A stretch of 64,000 bases of DNA from Methanosuratincolales archaeon (GCA_014361445.1 JACIVQ010000001.1:10174-74173), one strand, 5' to 3'. Positions 38,043 to 47,901 are shown, counted from the first letter of the stretch. The notes: generated from the sequence alone by a model not told the origin. A program made the numbers and translations.

Positions 38043-39479
38043 GTGCTTTGTATGAGTAGTTCAGGGATAAGCCCAGAACTTTTCCCTACCAAGCCTGAAC
38101 AGAGGATCGTCGGAACTGTCGGTTATACTCTTATGATACTCTCCATGACTATCACAACCTCCATATTCTTCTTGGGCTGGATCTCTCAAGTGCTCGGCCT
38201 CTCATTAGCCCAGACCATGGTTGCCGCTCTAATTGGCAATGGCGTTGTCGCGGCGGTCATGTATCTAAATGGTTATGTAGGCGTTAAAGAAGGCATCCCG
38301 TTTCCAATTCAACTGAGAACCGCCTTCGGAACGAAGGGATCAATCCTTCCCATGGTAGTGCGAATGATAGTCTCCCTCTTCTGGTATGGTATTGATGGTT
38401 TCATAGCAGCATGGGCAATGACTGAAATGGCTCTTATTGTGGCAGGTTGGCCAGCAGATAGAATAATAAGCGAGGGTCTGGCCTACACCCCCATAACCTT
38501 TGTCTTGTATTTGATAGCCGTAGCCGCCATAGGTACTGGGAAAATTAAGTCGATAAAATGGATCGATTCCATTGCCGGTCCTCTCCTGTTTATCTTCTTC
38601 GCCTGGTTTGTTATCTACATGACTGGGATACCCGAGTTCTCAGGGAAGGTTATACCCATATGGGAGGGCGGCGCCCCATGGTTCGGGTCAGAGTTCTTTT
38701 GGGCTACGGCTATTCAGACGGCATGGTGGGGTACTATCGCCCTAAACGTCTCAGACATCTGCCGCTACAACAAATCAGTAAAATCTTTGCCTGTCGGCCA
38801 CGTGGTAGGACTCATAATACCCCAAATAGTCGGCTCTGCAATAGGCTTCACTGCCACATACCTGGCTGGCGGGAACCTCAGCCCAATAGATATAATCGCA
38901 AAATATTCGCCGATGCCTGCTTTGGGGGCGCTCGGTTTATTCTTTGCCTTCTTGGCTACATCCACCACCAACCTTACAGGCGACATACCTGCAACTACAA
39001 ATGCAGTTATAAGAGTCTTCAGGCTTAGCTGGAACAAAGCGCTCATAATAGCTACAATCATCGCATTCTTCATAGGTCCATGGTGGTATGTCCAAAATTC
39101 CATAGGCATGGCGTACCAACTTCTCAACTTCAACTGGTACTACAGTATGTTCTTGGGTCCGATAGCCGGGGTGATGGTGGTTGACTACTGGGTTGTTAGG
39201 AAAAAGAGAATAATTGTTGAGGAATTATACAAGGAACAAGGTATCTACTATTATAGAGGCGGAGTTCTCTGGGCTGGCGTTGGCTCATTCATACTTGGAA
39301 TTGTAGGTGAATATATTGCAAGCCTCTTCCAAGGTGGTTTCTACTACGCCTTTGGGATTCCATTACCTGGACTAGAGCTTGCATGGTACTACGGTTTCAT
39401 CATATCAGGCGTAATTTACTACATATGGGCTACTGTGAATAAAAGTGAAGTTCTGGTGGAGAACAAGCTCCACCAATAA
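38043..39479 (+). CDS. NCS1-family nucleobase:cation symporter (cytosine/uracil/hydantoin permease-like)
   Basis: 478 aa, ~12 predicted TM helices, with size and topology typical of NCS1. Divergently arranged with codA. Confidence 0.65.
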   Translation: MLCMSSSGISPELFPTKPEQRIVGTVGYTLMILSMTITTSIFFLGWISQVLGLSLAQTMVAALIGNGVVAAVMYLNGYVGVKEGIPFPIQLRTAFGTKGSILPMVVRMIVSLFWYGIDGFIAAWAMTEMALIVAGWPADRIISEGLAYTPITFVLYLIAVAAIGTGKIKSIKWIDSIAGPLLFIFFAWFVIYMTGIPEFSGKVIPIWEGGAPWFGSEFFWATAIQTAWWGTIALNVSDICRYNKSVKSLPVGHVVGLIIPQIVGSAIGFTATYLAGGNLSPIDIIAKYSPMPALGALGLFFAFLATSTTNLTGDIPATTNAVIRVFRLSWNKALIIATIIAFFIGPWWYVQNSIGMAYQLLNFNWYYSMFLGPIAGVMVVDYWVVRKKRIIVEELYKEQGIYYYRGGVLWAGVGSFILGIVGEYIASLFQGGFYYAFGIPLPGLELAWYYGFIISGVIYYIWATVNKSEVLVENKLHQ

Positions 39480-40356
39480 TCTATTTTTTTATTTTGAGTG
39501 GTGAAAACAAAAATAAAATTAAAATACCACTCACGCAATTCATAACTAACAGTTTGACACTCTAGCTTCCACTTCTATCCCCAACCCCTCTCCTTTCCTA
39601 TTCCATTTCCACTCCTACTTCCACTCCTAATATGACCACGACTCTAATACAAATCACACTTAATTCAAATCATTATCTCATAGAGCGCTCACTCTTATTG
39701 TCACCATTTATCCTGTAACTTATACTCATAATCATACCTGCATTAGTGTCCATGCCAGCGTTTGCATAAATGTTTACCCTCGTCAAGGAACCTCCGCGTG
39801 AGGAAGAAAAGTAAGAGGGCGGCGGACATATATAGAAGGCCAGCGGGCTGTGAACCATCGCCTTGAAGGCGCGGAAGAGGAACAGTAGGGGATCATTATG
39901 AAGGCGCCGAGGGGGCTTACGTGTTCCCGAAGATCAGGGCGGAGAGAGTGGAGCGTCTCGTAATCGGCAATTTGAAAACGCGAATATCGAGGGTATGGGG
40001 AGCAAGAGTATCAGGAAGATCGCTGTGGCCATCCTCCCGCCCTCGAGGGGCATGTTCTGGTATAGGGGCAGGGTCGCCTCGGGGTATAGAGCGCCTATGG
40101 CGTATGTGATCGCGCGGTCTATGAACAGTGCCAAGAGGAACGTAATTCCGGAGCGCATGCCCCCAAACCTTCAACCAACCGTTCCGACCCGTAAGATCAC
40201 CCAAAGAGGTTCGTGGCTTTAGCCGCGAGGGGCTTCTACCGTGCCCATCCACTATATTTTTTCCATTCAATTTTATAAACTCGTCATATTATGAGAGTAG
40301 ATTGGAGGAGAAAATGAGGGGCACGAAACATAAGATCGATACAGGGGTGTGCCAGC

Positions 40357-40752
40357 GTGGGCATAATCTATGAGAACCTTAGAAAGGTAGGTTTTGGAGG
40401 GCATAGGTGGTGCGAGATTTACGAGTTTATTGACACGGGCTGCGCCGCTGGCTGCACTTTTATGGTAGAGATAACTTTGAAGTGGAAAGAGCCCATCACG
40501 GACAAGGAGAGGGCGGAAGAGATTAGATCTCTCAGAGAGGGAATAAGCGAGCTGGAGGGAAGGCTCGTCGATCTTAAGTCGATAGTTAAGCCCGACTTCA
40601 AAGCCCTTCAGAGAGCCGTATCCTCAACGAAGACCGGAACCCGCGAGCACGAAGAGGCCCTTCGAAAGCTTAAGGGGGCGCACAGGCGATGGGCGGAGCT
40701 CAAACGGATGATCCAAGAAAACCAGCAAATAAAAAACAGGTCGAGGGGATGA
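40357..40752 (+). CDS. hypothetical protein (possibly the N-terminal part of a frameshifted gene continuing in 40689-41222)
   Basis: 131 aa ORF. It overlaps the next ORF by 64 bp across an A6 run. Confidence 0.3.
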   Translation: MGIIYENLRKVGFGGHRWCEIYEFIDTGCAAGCTFMVEITLKWKEPITDKERAEEIRSLREGISELEGRLVDLKSIVKPDFKALQRAVSSTKTGTREHEEALRKLKGAHRRWAELKRMIQENQQIKNRSRG

Positions 40753-41222
40753 GGGCGAGGCTTAACATGCTTGAGGGGGGCTCGGAAGCCCTCAAAACGA
40801 GAGGCAAACATCTAATCACGAGGTGCTTCTTCTGGGAGGATGGGGAGGACGAGGAAGCCATTAATGATTTTGTGGAAAGGTTCATCAGCGATGTGGAATT
40901 CCGGCGGCAGAGCATCGAGGGCAACGCCGACTGGTGCCACATCAACAGGATCTACGAGGCGGCTGAGGAAGTGGTCTGGAGGTTCTACTCCAATCTCCCA
41001 CACTTCCTCGGATATACTTTAGGTGATAGGAAGACCGAAAAGGAACACAGGGAAGCCTACGCCAAATTCGAGATGTACTGCAAAAGTGTTTATAAGTACA
41101 TCAAACAGAACATAAACGCCTTAATGGGAAATCCGGATTACCAAGAAGCCCTCCTCTGTGGAAGGAATGGCCTTGAGCGATTCGTCAAAGAACACATCCT
41201 GCCAAAGGTCGAGAGAATGTGA
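40689..41222 (+). CDS. hypothetical protein
   Basis: 177 aa ORF with protein-like composition. No family recognised. Confidence 0.35.
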   Translation: MGGAQTDDPRKPANKKQVEGMRARLNMLEGGSEALKTRGKHLITRCFFWEDGEDEEAINDFVERFISDVEFRRQSIEGNADWCHINRIYEAAEEVVWRFYSNLPHFLGYTLGDRKTEKEHREAYAKFEMYCKSVYKYIKQNINALMGNPDYQEALLCGRNGLERFVKEHILPKVERM

Positions 41223-41320
41223 GCTACTCCATGACTCAGGCTTATAGCCGTGGGTTTTCCGCTAAAAATGGGAGAGAACGCAGCCACAACCGTAATAGGC
41301 TGATCAGAAAGGTTGGCTAT

Positions 41321-41578
41321 ATGAAATATACAAAGCAAGCGAAAACCAGAGCAGCTGAAAGGGGTATAACTGAGGACATGATTTTGGAGGCGATATTGCA
41401 ACCGTCCCAGACATATTATGACTTGAGCACTGGAGCAACAATAGCCTTCAAGAAGCTTAATGGAAAGCATCTTTTAGTAGCATACTCTAGAGAGGATAAG
41501 GAAATCAGGATTGTGACAACTTTTATAACATCAAATGCCGAAGAAATAATTGACAGAAAACCGAAGAGCAAAACATGA
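41321..41578 (+). CDS. DUF4258-family putative toxin
   Basis: MKYTKQAKTRAAERGITEDMILEAILQPSQ...GKHLLVAYSREDKEIRIVTTF matches the DUF4258 pattern (HA.ER..ERGI.....E.L......NG....V.Y.......I.VIT.Y). The ORF-track start at 41219 is probably too far upstream. Confidence 0.55.
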   Translation: MKYTKQAKTRAAERGITEDMILEAILQPSQTYYDLSTGATIAFKKLNGKHLLVAYSREDKEIRIVTTFITSNAEEIIDRKPKSKT

Positions 41579-41589
41579 GTGAGGATTAA

Positions 41590-41811
41590 GTGAAAGTGGA
41601 ATATGACAGAGAATCAGACATACTATACATAAAGTTCAAAGAGACGGAAATAGCAGACACCAAAATGTTAAGCGAAGACGCCTACATAGACCTGGACAAA
41701 GATGGAAACCTCGTTGGCATAGAAATATGGAAAGCCTCCCAAAACGCCATACTCCCAATATCTAAGGACATAGCCGAAAAACTAAAACTGATTTTGGAAA
41801 GCCCAGCCTAA
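41590..41811 (+). CDS. DUF2283-family protein (partner of DUF4258; putative antitoxin)
   Basis: MKVEYDRESDILYIKF...DLDKDGNLVGIEIW is the DUF2283 signature. 73 aa. Confidence 0.6.
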   Translation: MKVEYDRESDILYIKFKETEIADTKMLSEDAYIDLDKDGNLVGIEIWKASQNAILPISKDIAEKLKLILESPA

Positions 41812-41985
41812 AGCAAAATAAAAAGCTTTCCTAGCTCTGGTTAAATATTTTCGAAATTTTAACTTAATACCGGTGTATTTATCCCCATCTTAGCTCATAT
41901 TTCATGTAAGTCAATGCTCAGCAAGTAATGAAGAGCCTTCTCTTAAGAGTGGACTGATCTATCTCCAGCCCAGGGGCGGCGCACA

Positions 41986-42768
41986 TCAACCATAATTTTT
42001 TAAGTTTCTACCGCTCGGCACTCCCAGGTTTTTTCTAAAACCCTCTGGTTCACATATCCCTGGTGTTCGAAATAAATTGTCTAATCTCTTGGCTTCTTCG
42101 ATAAATATTCTTCTCGCATCGTCCGAGAACTTGTTTCTCCTCTGGATCTCCTCAATAGCCTGGATGTTCCCCTCTATCAGCCTCAAAACCGCTAATGTCC
42201 TCTTAAAACTGTATGTAGTGAATGGGCTCTCCTTTTCCTCGAAACCGAGCCTTTTCAGGGCACCTTTCAAGGATAAATATGCGAAGTGGTGAAGTACTTG
42301 AAAGGTGGCCATGGCCCTGTCATGCTCCTCTGCGCTACATTCAACCACACTCATCCCACATGTCAAAAGCAGTTCTCTAAACTTATCCATCCAGCACCTA
42401 ACACGTACAGGAACTATTACAACGTTCTTAATGCCCACCCTATGCGATGCAAAGAGGGGGTGGATGCTGACATACTCCAACCGTTCGGGCAGGAGACGTG
42501 TGACCTCCTCCACAATACCACACTTAACAGAGGAGATGTCCACAAAGAGGGCCCCATCTCTCATATGTTGAGATGCCTCCCCTGCGAGTTCTGGGAGCGA
42601 TGTGGGCGGAACCGCTGCTATCAGGATATCGCTCTGTAGCATACATATATCAATGTCAGCAACCCTTACCCCTACGATTTTTGCAACCCTAGCGGCCCGC
42701 CTAAATGACCTGCCACAGAGGGTCACTTCTGTAGACTTCTTCAATAGGCGGGCCATGCACCTGCCCAT
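41986..42768 (-). CDS. tyrA: prephenate dehydrogenase
   Basis: TyrA catalytic core (VAAVPP...HPLFAS...). The Rossmann motif KVGIVGTGRMG lies in frame upstream of the first ATG (see findings), so the true start probably lies between 42769 and 42843. Confidence 0.75.
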   Translation of the reverse strand: MGRCMARLLKKSTEVTLCGRSFRRAARVAKIVGVRVADIDICMLQSDILIAAVPPTSLPELAGEASQHMRDGALFVDISSVKCGIVEEVTRLLPERLEYVSIHPLFASHRVGIKNVVIVPVRVRCWMDKFRELLLTCGMSVVECSAEEHDRAMATFQVLHHFAYLSLKGALKRLGFEEKESPFTTYSFKRTLAVLRLIEGNIQAIEEIQRRNKFSDDARRIFIEEAKRLDNLFRTPGICEPEGFRKNLGVPSGRNLKNYG

Positions 42769-42782
42769 CCTCCCTGTCCCGA

Positions 42783-43853
42783 CTATGCCAACCTTGAGTA
42801 GCTCCCTAGAACCTTCAATGATTTTGATTTCCTCCTTGCATTTTCTATAACCCTAAGGCGACTTTCTCCACCGATACCACCCTCAAACTCCATGTAAAAG
42901 AAGTACTCCCACGGTCTCCCCATAATCGGTCTCGAAAGGATCATGGTGATATTTATCCCCGCCTCGGCGAAATCTGAAAGAACCCGAGAGAGGGCACCTG
43001 GTACATTATCAAGAAAGAATATTACTGCAGTCTTCTCCCCTTCAGCCTTTGATCTCTCCCGGCTCAGGATCGCGAATCTTGTATAGTTTTTGGGCGAGTC
43101 CTCAATATTCATGGCCATAATCCTTAACCCATTCAACTCCGCGGCCGTCTTACTCCCAATGGCAGCCCCTTTTGTATCCCTTGATACAAGCTCTGCTGCC
43201 CTTGCCGTAGATTCGGTAACAACGACCTCTGCATTGCTTAGATACCTTGATATATAACCCTCGCACTGTGCTAAGGCTTGTGGGTGTGAATAGAGGCGCT
43301 CCACATCACATAAGGAGGAGATCCTAGGGTTCACCATCAAGTTCTGGTTTATCCTGAGCAGTACCTCGCCCACTATGTATAATGGATACTCCATTAGGCA
43401 GTCCAGTGTTTCATTCACAGAACCCTCAATGGAGTTCTCGAGTGGAACAACGCCCAAATCCGCCTCCTCATTGTCGACGCTGCGGAAGATTTCCATGATC
43501 CTTCTGCATGGGGCGTACCTATTAGAAGATCCGAGAATTGTTGCAGCCTCATGGGAAAAACTCCCCTCAGGTCCCAAGTAGGCCACAGAGAGCGACCTCT
43601 GGGCATTTCTACACATGGAGATTATCTCCCTGAAGACCCTCTCCACACCCTTTGCAGGTGCGAGGGCTGCGGCCGCATGGGCGCTTTCTACAACCTCCCT
43701 CTCGCGCCCTGGGTCGAAGACTGGCATATCCGCTTCAGATTTTATTATGGCGATTTCCTTGCAGAGCTTTATCCTTTCGTCGATGAGCCTGACGATCTCT
43801 CTATCGATCTCTTCGATCTTTTTTCTAACTTCCCTTAGACCCATCCTCCTCAC
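42783..43853 (-). CDS. pheA: bifunctional chorismate mutase / prephenate dehydratase
   Basis: N-terminal AroQ CM helix (LREVRKKIEEIDREIVRLIDERIKLCKEIAIIK), a PDT domain (VAYLGPEGSFSHEAA...), a TRF motif and a C-terminal ACT domain. Confidence 0.9.
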   Translation of the reverse strand: MRRMGLREVRKKIEEIDREIVRLIDERIKLCKEIAIIKSEADMPVFDPGREREVVESAHAAAALAPAKGVERVFREIISMCRNAQRSLSVAYLGPEGSFSHEAATILGSSNRYAPCRRIMEIFRSVDNEEADLGVVPLENSIEGSVNETLDCLMEYPLYIVGEVLLRINQNLMVNPRISSLCDVERLYSHPQALAQCEGYISRYLSNAEVVVTESTARAAELVSRDTKGAAIGSKTAAELNGLRIMAMNIEDSPKNYTRFAILSRERSKAEGEKTAVIFFLDNVPGALSRVLSDFAEAGINITMILSRPIMGRPWEYFFYMEFEGGIGGESRLRVIENARRKSKSLKVLGSYSRLA

Positions 43854-44940
43854 CCATCACCTTTGGGATCATTTTTGCCATAATCATAAGATCCAAAAGG
43901 CAGAAAGCCGTAACGCACTCTACAACAGGGACGGCCCTGATCGCTACACATGGATCATGCCTCCCTACGACCTCGATCTCTGTCTCTTCCATAGTCCTCA
44001 GGTCGACGCTCCTCTGCCTCTTTTTTATTGAGGGCGTGGGCTTTATCCCTACCCTGAAGATCAAAGGCATGCCGTTTGTGATCCCCCCAAGAACCCCTCC
44101 TGAATGGTTCGTCTTTGTAACTACCCTCCCATTTTGAAGATAGAGTTCATCATTAGACTGGGATCCCCTCATGCTACATAAACCAAATCCTGATCCAAAC
44201 TCAACGGCTTTAACCCCAGGTATGCTAAATAGAGCATGGGCAAGTACACCCTCTACAGGGTCGAAGATTGGCTCTCCGAGACCGACCGGTAGACCTGAAA
44301 CTCTACATTCAATCACCCCTCCAGTCGAATCCCCCTCCTCTATGAGTTTCCTTATCTCGGATACCATAAGCTCTGAGGCCGTCCTGTCAGCACAATAGAC
44401 AGGACTGCCTGCAACATTCTCCAAAATCTCTTCATCAGATAGACCTTCCCTTGCCTTGATCCCGTTTATTTGTATCATATGTGCCAAGATCCTAACACCC
44501 ATTTTAGCTAGGACTTTTTTGGCAATACTCCCAGCCATAACAAACCCTGCTGTCATCCTCCCTGAAAAGAACCCCCCGCCACGGTTGTCATTGTGTCCCC
44601 CATACTTCACAAAGGCTGTATAATCTGCATGACCAGGTCTCGGGATATAACGGTTCCTCTCATACCACGTAGAATCGAGATCCTTGTTGTGGATCAACAT
44701 TAGAATCGGCCCACCATTCGTCTTCCCATAGGAGACCCCGCTGAGGATATGAACGACATCATCCTCCCCCCTGCCGCTCACTAGACCTCTACCAGGTCTC
44801 CTCCTCTCGAGCTCGCACTGGATGTCCCTCTCTTCTAGTCGGAGGCCGGCTGGGCACCCATCCACGACCGCACCTATTACCTTCCCATGGGACTCCCCAA
44901 AGATAGTCACCCTAAACTCTTTACCAAAACTGAAGCCCAT
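43825..44940 (-). CDS. aroC: chorismate synthase
   Basis: FGESHG...GCPAG N-terminus, RPGHAD and SGRxTAG motifs. 371 aa. Confidence 0.95.
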   Translation of the reverse strand: MGFSFGKEFRVTIFGESHGKVIGAVVDGCPAGLRLEERDIQCELERRRPGRGLVSGRGEDDVVHILSGVSYGKTNGGPILMLIHNKDLDSTWYERNRYIPRPGHADYTAFVKYGGHNDNRGGGFFSGRMTAGFVMAGSIAKKVLAKMGVRILAHMIQINGIKAREGLSDEEILENVAGSPVYCADRTASELMVSEIRKLIEEGDSTGGVIECRVSGLPVGLGEPIFDPVEGVLAHALFSIPGVKAVEFGSGFGLCSMRGSQSNDELYLQNGRVVTKTNHSGGVLGGITNGMPLIFRVGIKPTPSIKKRQRSVDLRTMEETEIEVVGRHDPCVAIRAVPVVECVTAFCLLDLMIMAKMIPKVMGEEDGSKGS

Positions 44941-46208
44941 TAGAAGACCTCCACCGTTGCGCCAAGGGTCCTTAGATCATTAAAGAAAGAGGGGTAGCTC
45001 TTTGAGACGCACTCAGCATTTTGGATTATAGTCTCCCCTTGAGCTACGAGCGAGGCCACGGCCGAGGCCATGGCTATCCTATGGTCGTTACTCGGGTCTA
45101 TCACCGTCGCTCTTAGGGGGGTGCCACCCTGAATTACCATAAAGTCTTCATAAGCCTTGACCTCAACACCAAAAGCCCTCAGCATATTAGTAGTTGTCAA
45201 TACCCTGTCACTCTCCTTAAACCTAAGCCTCCTAATCCCTTTTATAATTGTGGTACCGCTTGCTTGGGATCCTAAGACCGCAGTTATTGGTACTAAATCC
45301 GGAACATCGCTCATATCCAAAACTAAACCATAGAGTTTAGATCTCTTAGCCCTCCAAGTCCTACCATGCATATAAACCTCGCCCCCCATCTGGCTGAAGA
45401 TCTCTATGACCTTCCTGTCTCCCTGTGTAGAGTTTGGCATCAATCCTTCGACGCCAACATTCCCAGCGAGGAGGCCGGCAGCGAGTAGGATAGCCCCTAA
45501 GGAGTAGTCGCCCTCCACCCTGAAATTACATGGGGTCAATCTTTGACCGCCTTTTATGTGGAAGACTCTATCTTCTCTAACGATAGTGGCACCGAAAGCC
45601 CTGAGCACCTCCATAGTCATATCAACATAATATTTCGAGGCTATTGGCGTTGTAATATTTAGGACCGTGTCTTTTTTTGCCTTTGTAGATGCTATCAGGA
45701 GTGCTGATATAAACTGTGAACTTATGTCCCCACGGAGATTCACCTCTCCACCCTCTATACCTCCCCCCATAACCACTACTGGAGGACAGCCGTCCCCTCT
45801 GGTGGAGTAGCAGGAGACACCCAACGAGTTGAGACACCTTAATAGTTCCCCCATAGGCCGCCTCCTTAAGGACCGGTCTCCCGTCAATACCGTTATACCA
45901 GGGGCGAGCGCTGATACCGCCGTGAAGATCCTAATCGCCGTAGCAGATCCCTTACAGTCTATGATGTCCTCAGGTGTCCTGAGTGACCCACCCTCTATAA
46001 CCCATTTGTCATAGCCCTCTTCTACACCAGCCCCGAGCATCTTGGCGGCATTAAGCGCCGCCCTTGCATCCTCACAATGAGAGGGATCGATTATCTCTGT
46101 CCTACCATCTGCAATGAGCGCGCATGCCACCGCCCTCTGCGTATAACTCTTCGAGGGCGGCGCTCTTACGCTACCGCTGACCTCATTCCCCTTAATCTTT
46201 ACATTCAT
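44940..46208 (-). CDS. aroA: 3-phosphoshikimate 1-carboxyvinyltransferase (EPSP synthase)
   Basis: PPSKSYTQRA, LGAG... and the full two-domain EPSPS length (422 aa). Confidence 0.95.
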   Translation of the reverse strand: MNVKIKGNEVSGSVRAPPSKSYTQRAVACALIADGRTEIIDPSHCEDARAALNAAKMLGAGVEEGYDKWVIEGGSLRTPEDIIDCKGSATAIRIFTAVSALAPGITVLTGDRSLRRRPMGELLRCLNSLGVSCYSTRGDGCPPVVVMGGGIEGGEVNLRGDISSQFISALLIASTKAKKDTVLNITTPIASKYYVDMTMEVLRAFGATIVREDRVFHIKGGQRLTPCNFRVEGDYSLGAILLAAGLLAGNVGVEGLMPNSTQGDRKVIEIFSQMGGEVYMHGRTWRAKRSKLYGLVLDMSDVPDLVPITAVLGSQASGTTIIKGIRRLRFKESDRVLTTTNMLRAFGVEVKAYEDFMVIQGGTPLRATVIDPSNDHRIAMASAVASLVAQGETIIQNAECVSKSYPSFFNDLRTLGATVEVF

Positions 46209-47065
46209 AAATCCTCACCCTTGCGGGCCTTCCTGCAACTAGTCTTGGCTTTAATAATCCTTGCCCCGAAACGCTTCCAGCCCTCGACTATGGGATCCTC
46301 ATCCCCCTCCCTACATACAGCACAGACGGCTGGACCTTTACCGCAGAGACCTGCTGATATCGCCCCCCTCTCCATGGCCGTTATGATGGGCGATGGGTCA
46401 TATCCAAAGGTATGTGACATAATTAGGCCATTTAGGATCATTGCTTGCCAGACCCTCCCACCCATCGCTTCTTGAAAAGCCACCTCGGCAAGCCTCCTCA
46501 CAGACCTTACAGTTTCCTGTCCCACACTCCCTGAGTAACGCCTCTCCTCGGGAACGAGAAAGAGGACAGTCAAGGGCTCGACCTCAACACTCTTTAAGAT
46601 CCTCATCCGGCAATTATCAGTGATCTGAAGGCCGCCAAAGTAACTGGCTGATGCGTCATCGAAGGCGCCCGTGAGTGTCACCCTTGCTCTTATTGAGGCC
46701 TCGACCCCTAGCTTTACTATCTCGAGATCCTCCAGGTCCTCTCCCAAGGCGTCTAGTGTAGCCAACACTATGGCGTTTGACGCCGCGCTGGAGCTCTTCA
46801 TGCCCCTTGCTATTGGGATGTTGCTCCACGTCTTTATGGAGCCCCCCTTCCTAAGTCCAAACCGCTCCATTACTACCTTAAATGACTCCTTTGCCAACTC
46901 CTTACTCTCCCCACTATCACCATTTATCTCGACCGAGATTCCTACATGATCGTTGAGCTCGACCTCAGCGACCGTCCAAAGATCCACACCTAATGATGCG
47001 CCAAGTCCCGATGGCATAGCATTTACAACTGTTGTGGCTCCATAGGCCACCCCTACCCCTTTCAT
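46205..47065 (-). CDS. aroK: shikimate kinase, archaeal GHMP-kinase type
   Basis: GHMP motif PIARGMKSSSAASNA. Positioned within the aro operon. 286 aa. Confidence 0.8.
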   Translation of the reverse strand: MKGVGVAYGATTVVNAMPSGLGASLGVDLWTVAEVELNDHVGISVEINGDSGESKELAKESFKVVMERFGLRKGGSIKTWSNIPIARGMKSSSAASNAIVLATLDALGEDLEDLEIVKLGVEASIRARVTLTGAFDDASASYFGGLQITDNCRMRILKSVEVEPLTVLFLVPEERRYSGSVGQETVRSVRRLAEVAFQEAMGGRVWQAMILNGLIMSHTFGYDPSPIITAMERGAISAGLCGKGPAVCAVCREGDEDPIVEGWKRFGARIIKAKTSCRKARKGEDL

Positions 47066-47901
47066 CGGGTATCACCCCTTACGGCCCTGCGCATCGTCTC
47101 TAAGGGCGCCGTCCGCCCAGTCCATAAAGTAAACGCTATAGCCCCTTGATGGACTAGCGGCTCTAGACCATCTATCACCTTGCAGCCCTTTGCCTTGGCC
47201 AACCGCAAAAGTTTCGTCTCGATGGGATCATAAACTAGATCCATCACTATGACGCCCACATCCAACAGGTGGTCTGGTACAGGGCTCTCATCTATTCTTG
47301 GTCTCATCCCCAAAGGCGTGGCATTTATAATTAGATCTACTTTCCTTATTCCACTGAGATCGACCAGAGAGAGACCTTCTGCATAAGCCCCCCCTCTGAG
47401 GAGGTCTGCAAGAGATTTAGACTTGGAGGGATCCCTCCCAGCTATGAGGATCTTAGATGGCTTATTAGTAGATGCCAACTCAAATGCAACTCCTCTTGCC
47501 GCTCCTCCATAGCCCACTATGATCACGCTCTTCCCAGAGATCTCTACGCCGCAATACTCAAGGGCCCCAATAACCCCTTTCCCATCAGTATTATAGCCAA
47601 CCAATCTTCCTCCGTTGTTCAGAATGGTATTCACAGAGCCCACAAGTTCCGCCGTCCCTTCCAATTCATCGAGGTATTTTATGATCTCCGTCTTGTGGGG
47701 CATAGTCACATTACACCCAAGGAAGCCTATAGCCCTCAGACCATCAACAGTAGTTTTGAGGTCCTCCCTCTTCACCCTGAAGGCAAGGTACGCGCAATCC
47801 TCCCCCAACTCTGAGAAGGCAGCAGTAAACATAGCCGGGCTCCTAGAGTGTTCTACTGGGTCGCCTATCAAACAGCAGAGGCGCGTCCTACCAGTGGTCA
47901 A
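47062..47901 (-). CDS. aroE: shikimate 5-dehydrogenase
   Basis: GDPVEHSRSP, NVTMPHK and the GGAARG NADP motif. Confidence 0.9.
   Translation of the reverse strand: MTTGRTRLCCLIGDPVEHSRSPAMFTAAFSELGEDCAYLAFRVKREDLKTTVDGLRAIGFLGCNVTMPHKTEIIKYLDELEGTAELVGSVNTILNNGGRLVGYNTDGKGVIGALEYCGVEISGKSVIIVGYGGAARGVAFELASTNKPSKILIAGRDPSKSKSLADLLRGGAYAEGLSLVDLSGIRKVDLIINATPLGMRPRIDESPVPDHLLDVGVIVMDLVYDPIETKLLRLAKAKGCKVIDGLEPLVHQGAIAFTLWTGRTAPLETMRRAVRGDTR

Noticed and set aside
39917-40270. 117-aa (minus) and 75-aa (plus) ORFs in the GC-rich patch
   Set aside because: Arg/Pro-rich, and open in multiple frames only because of high GC. No domain resemblance.
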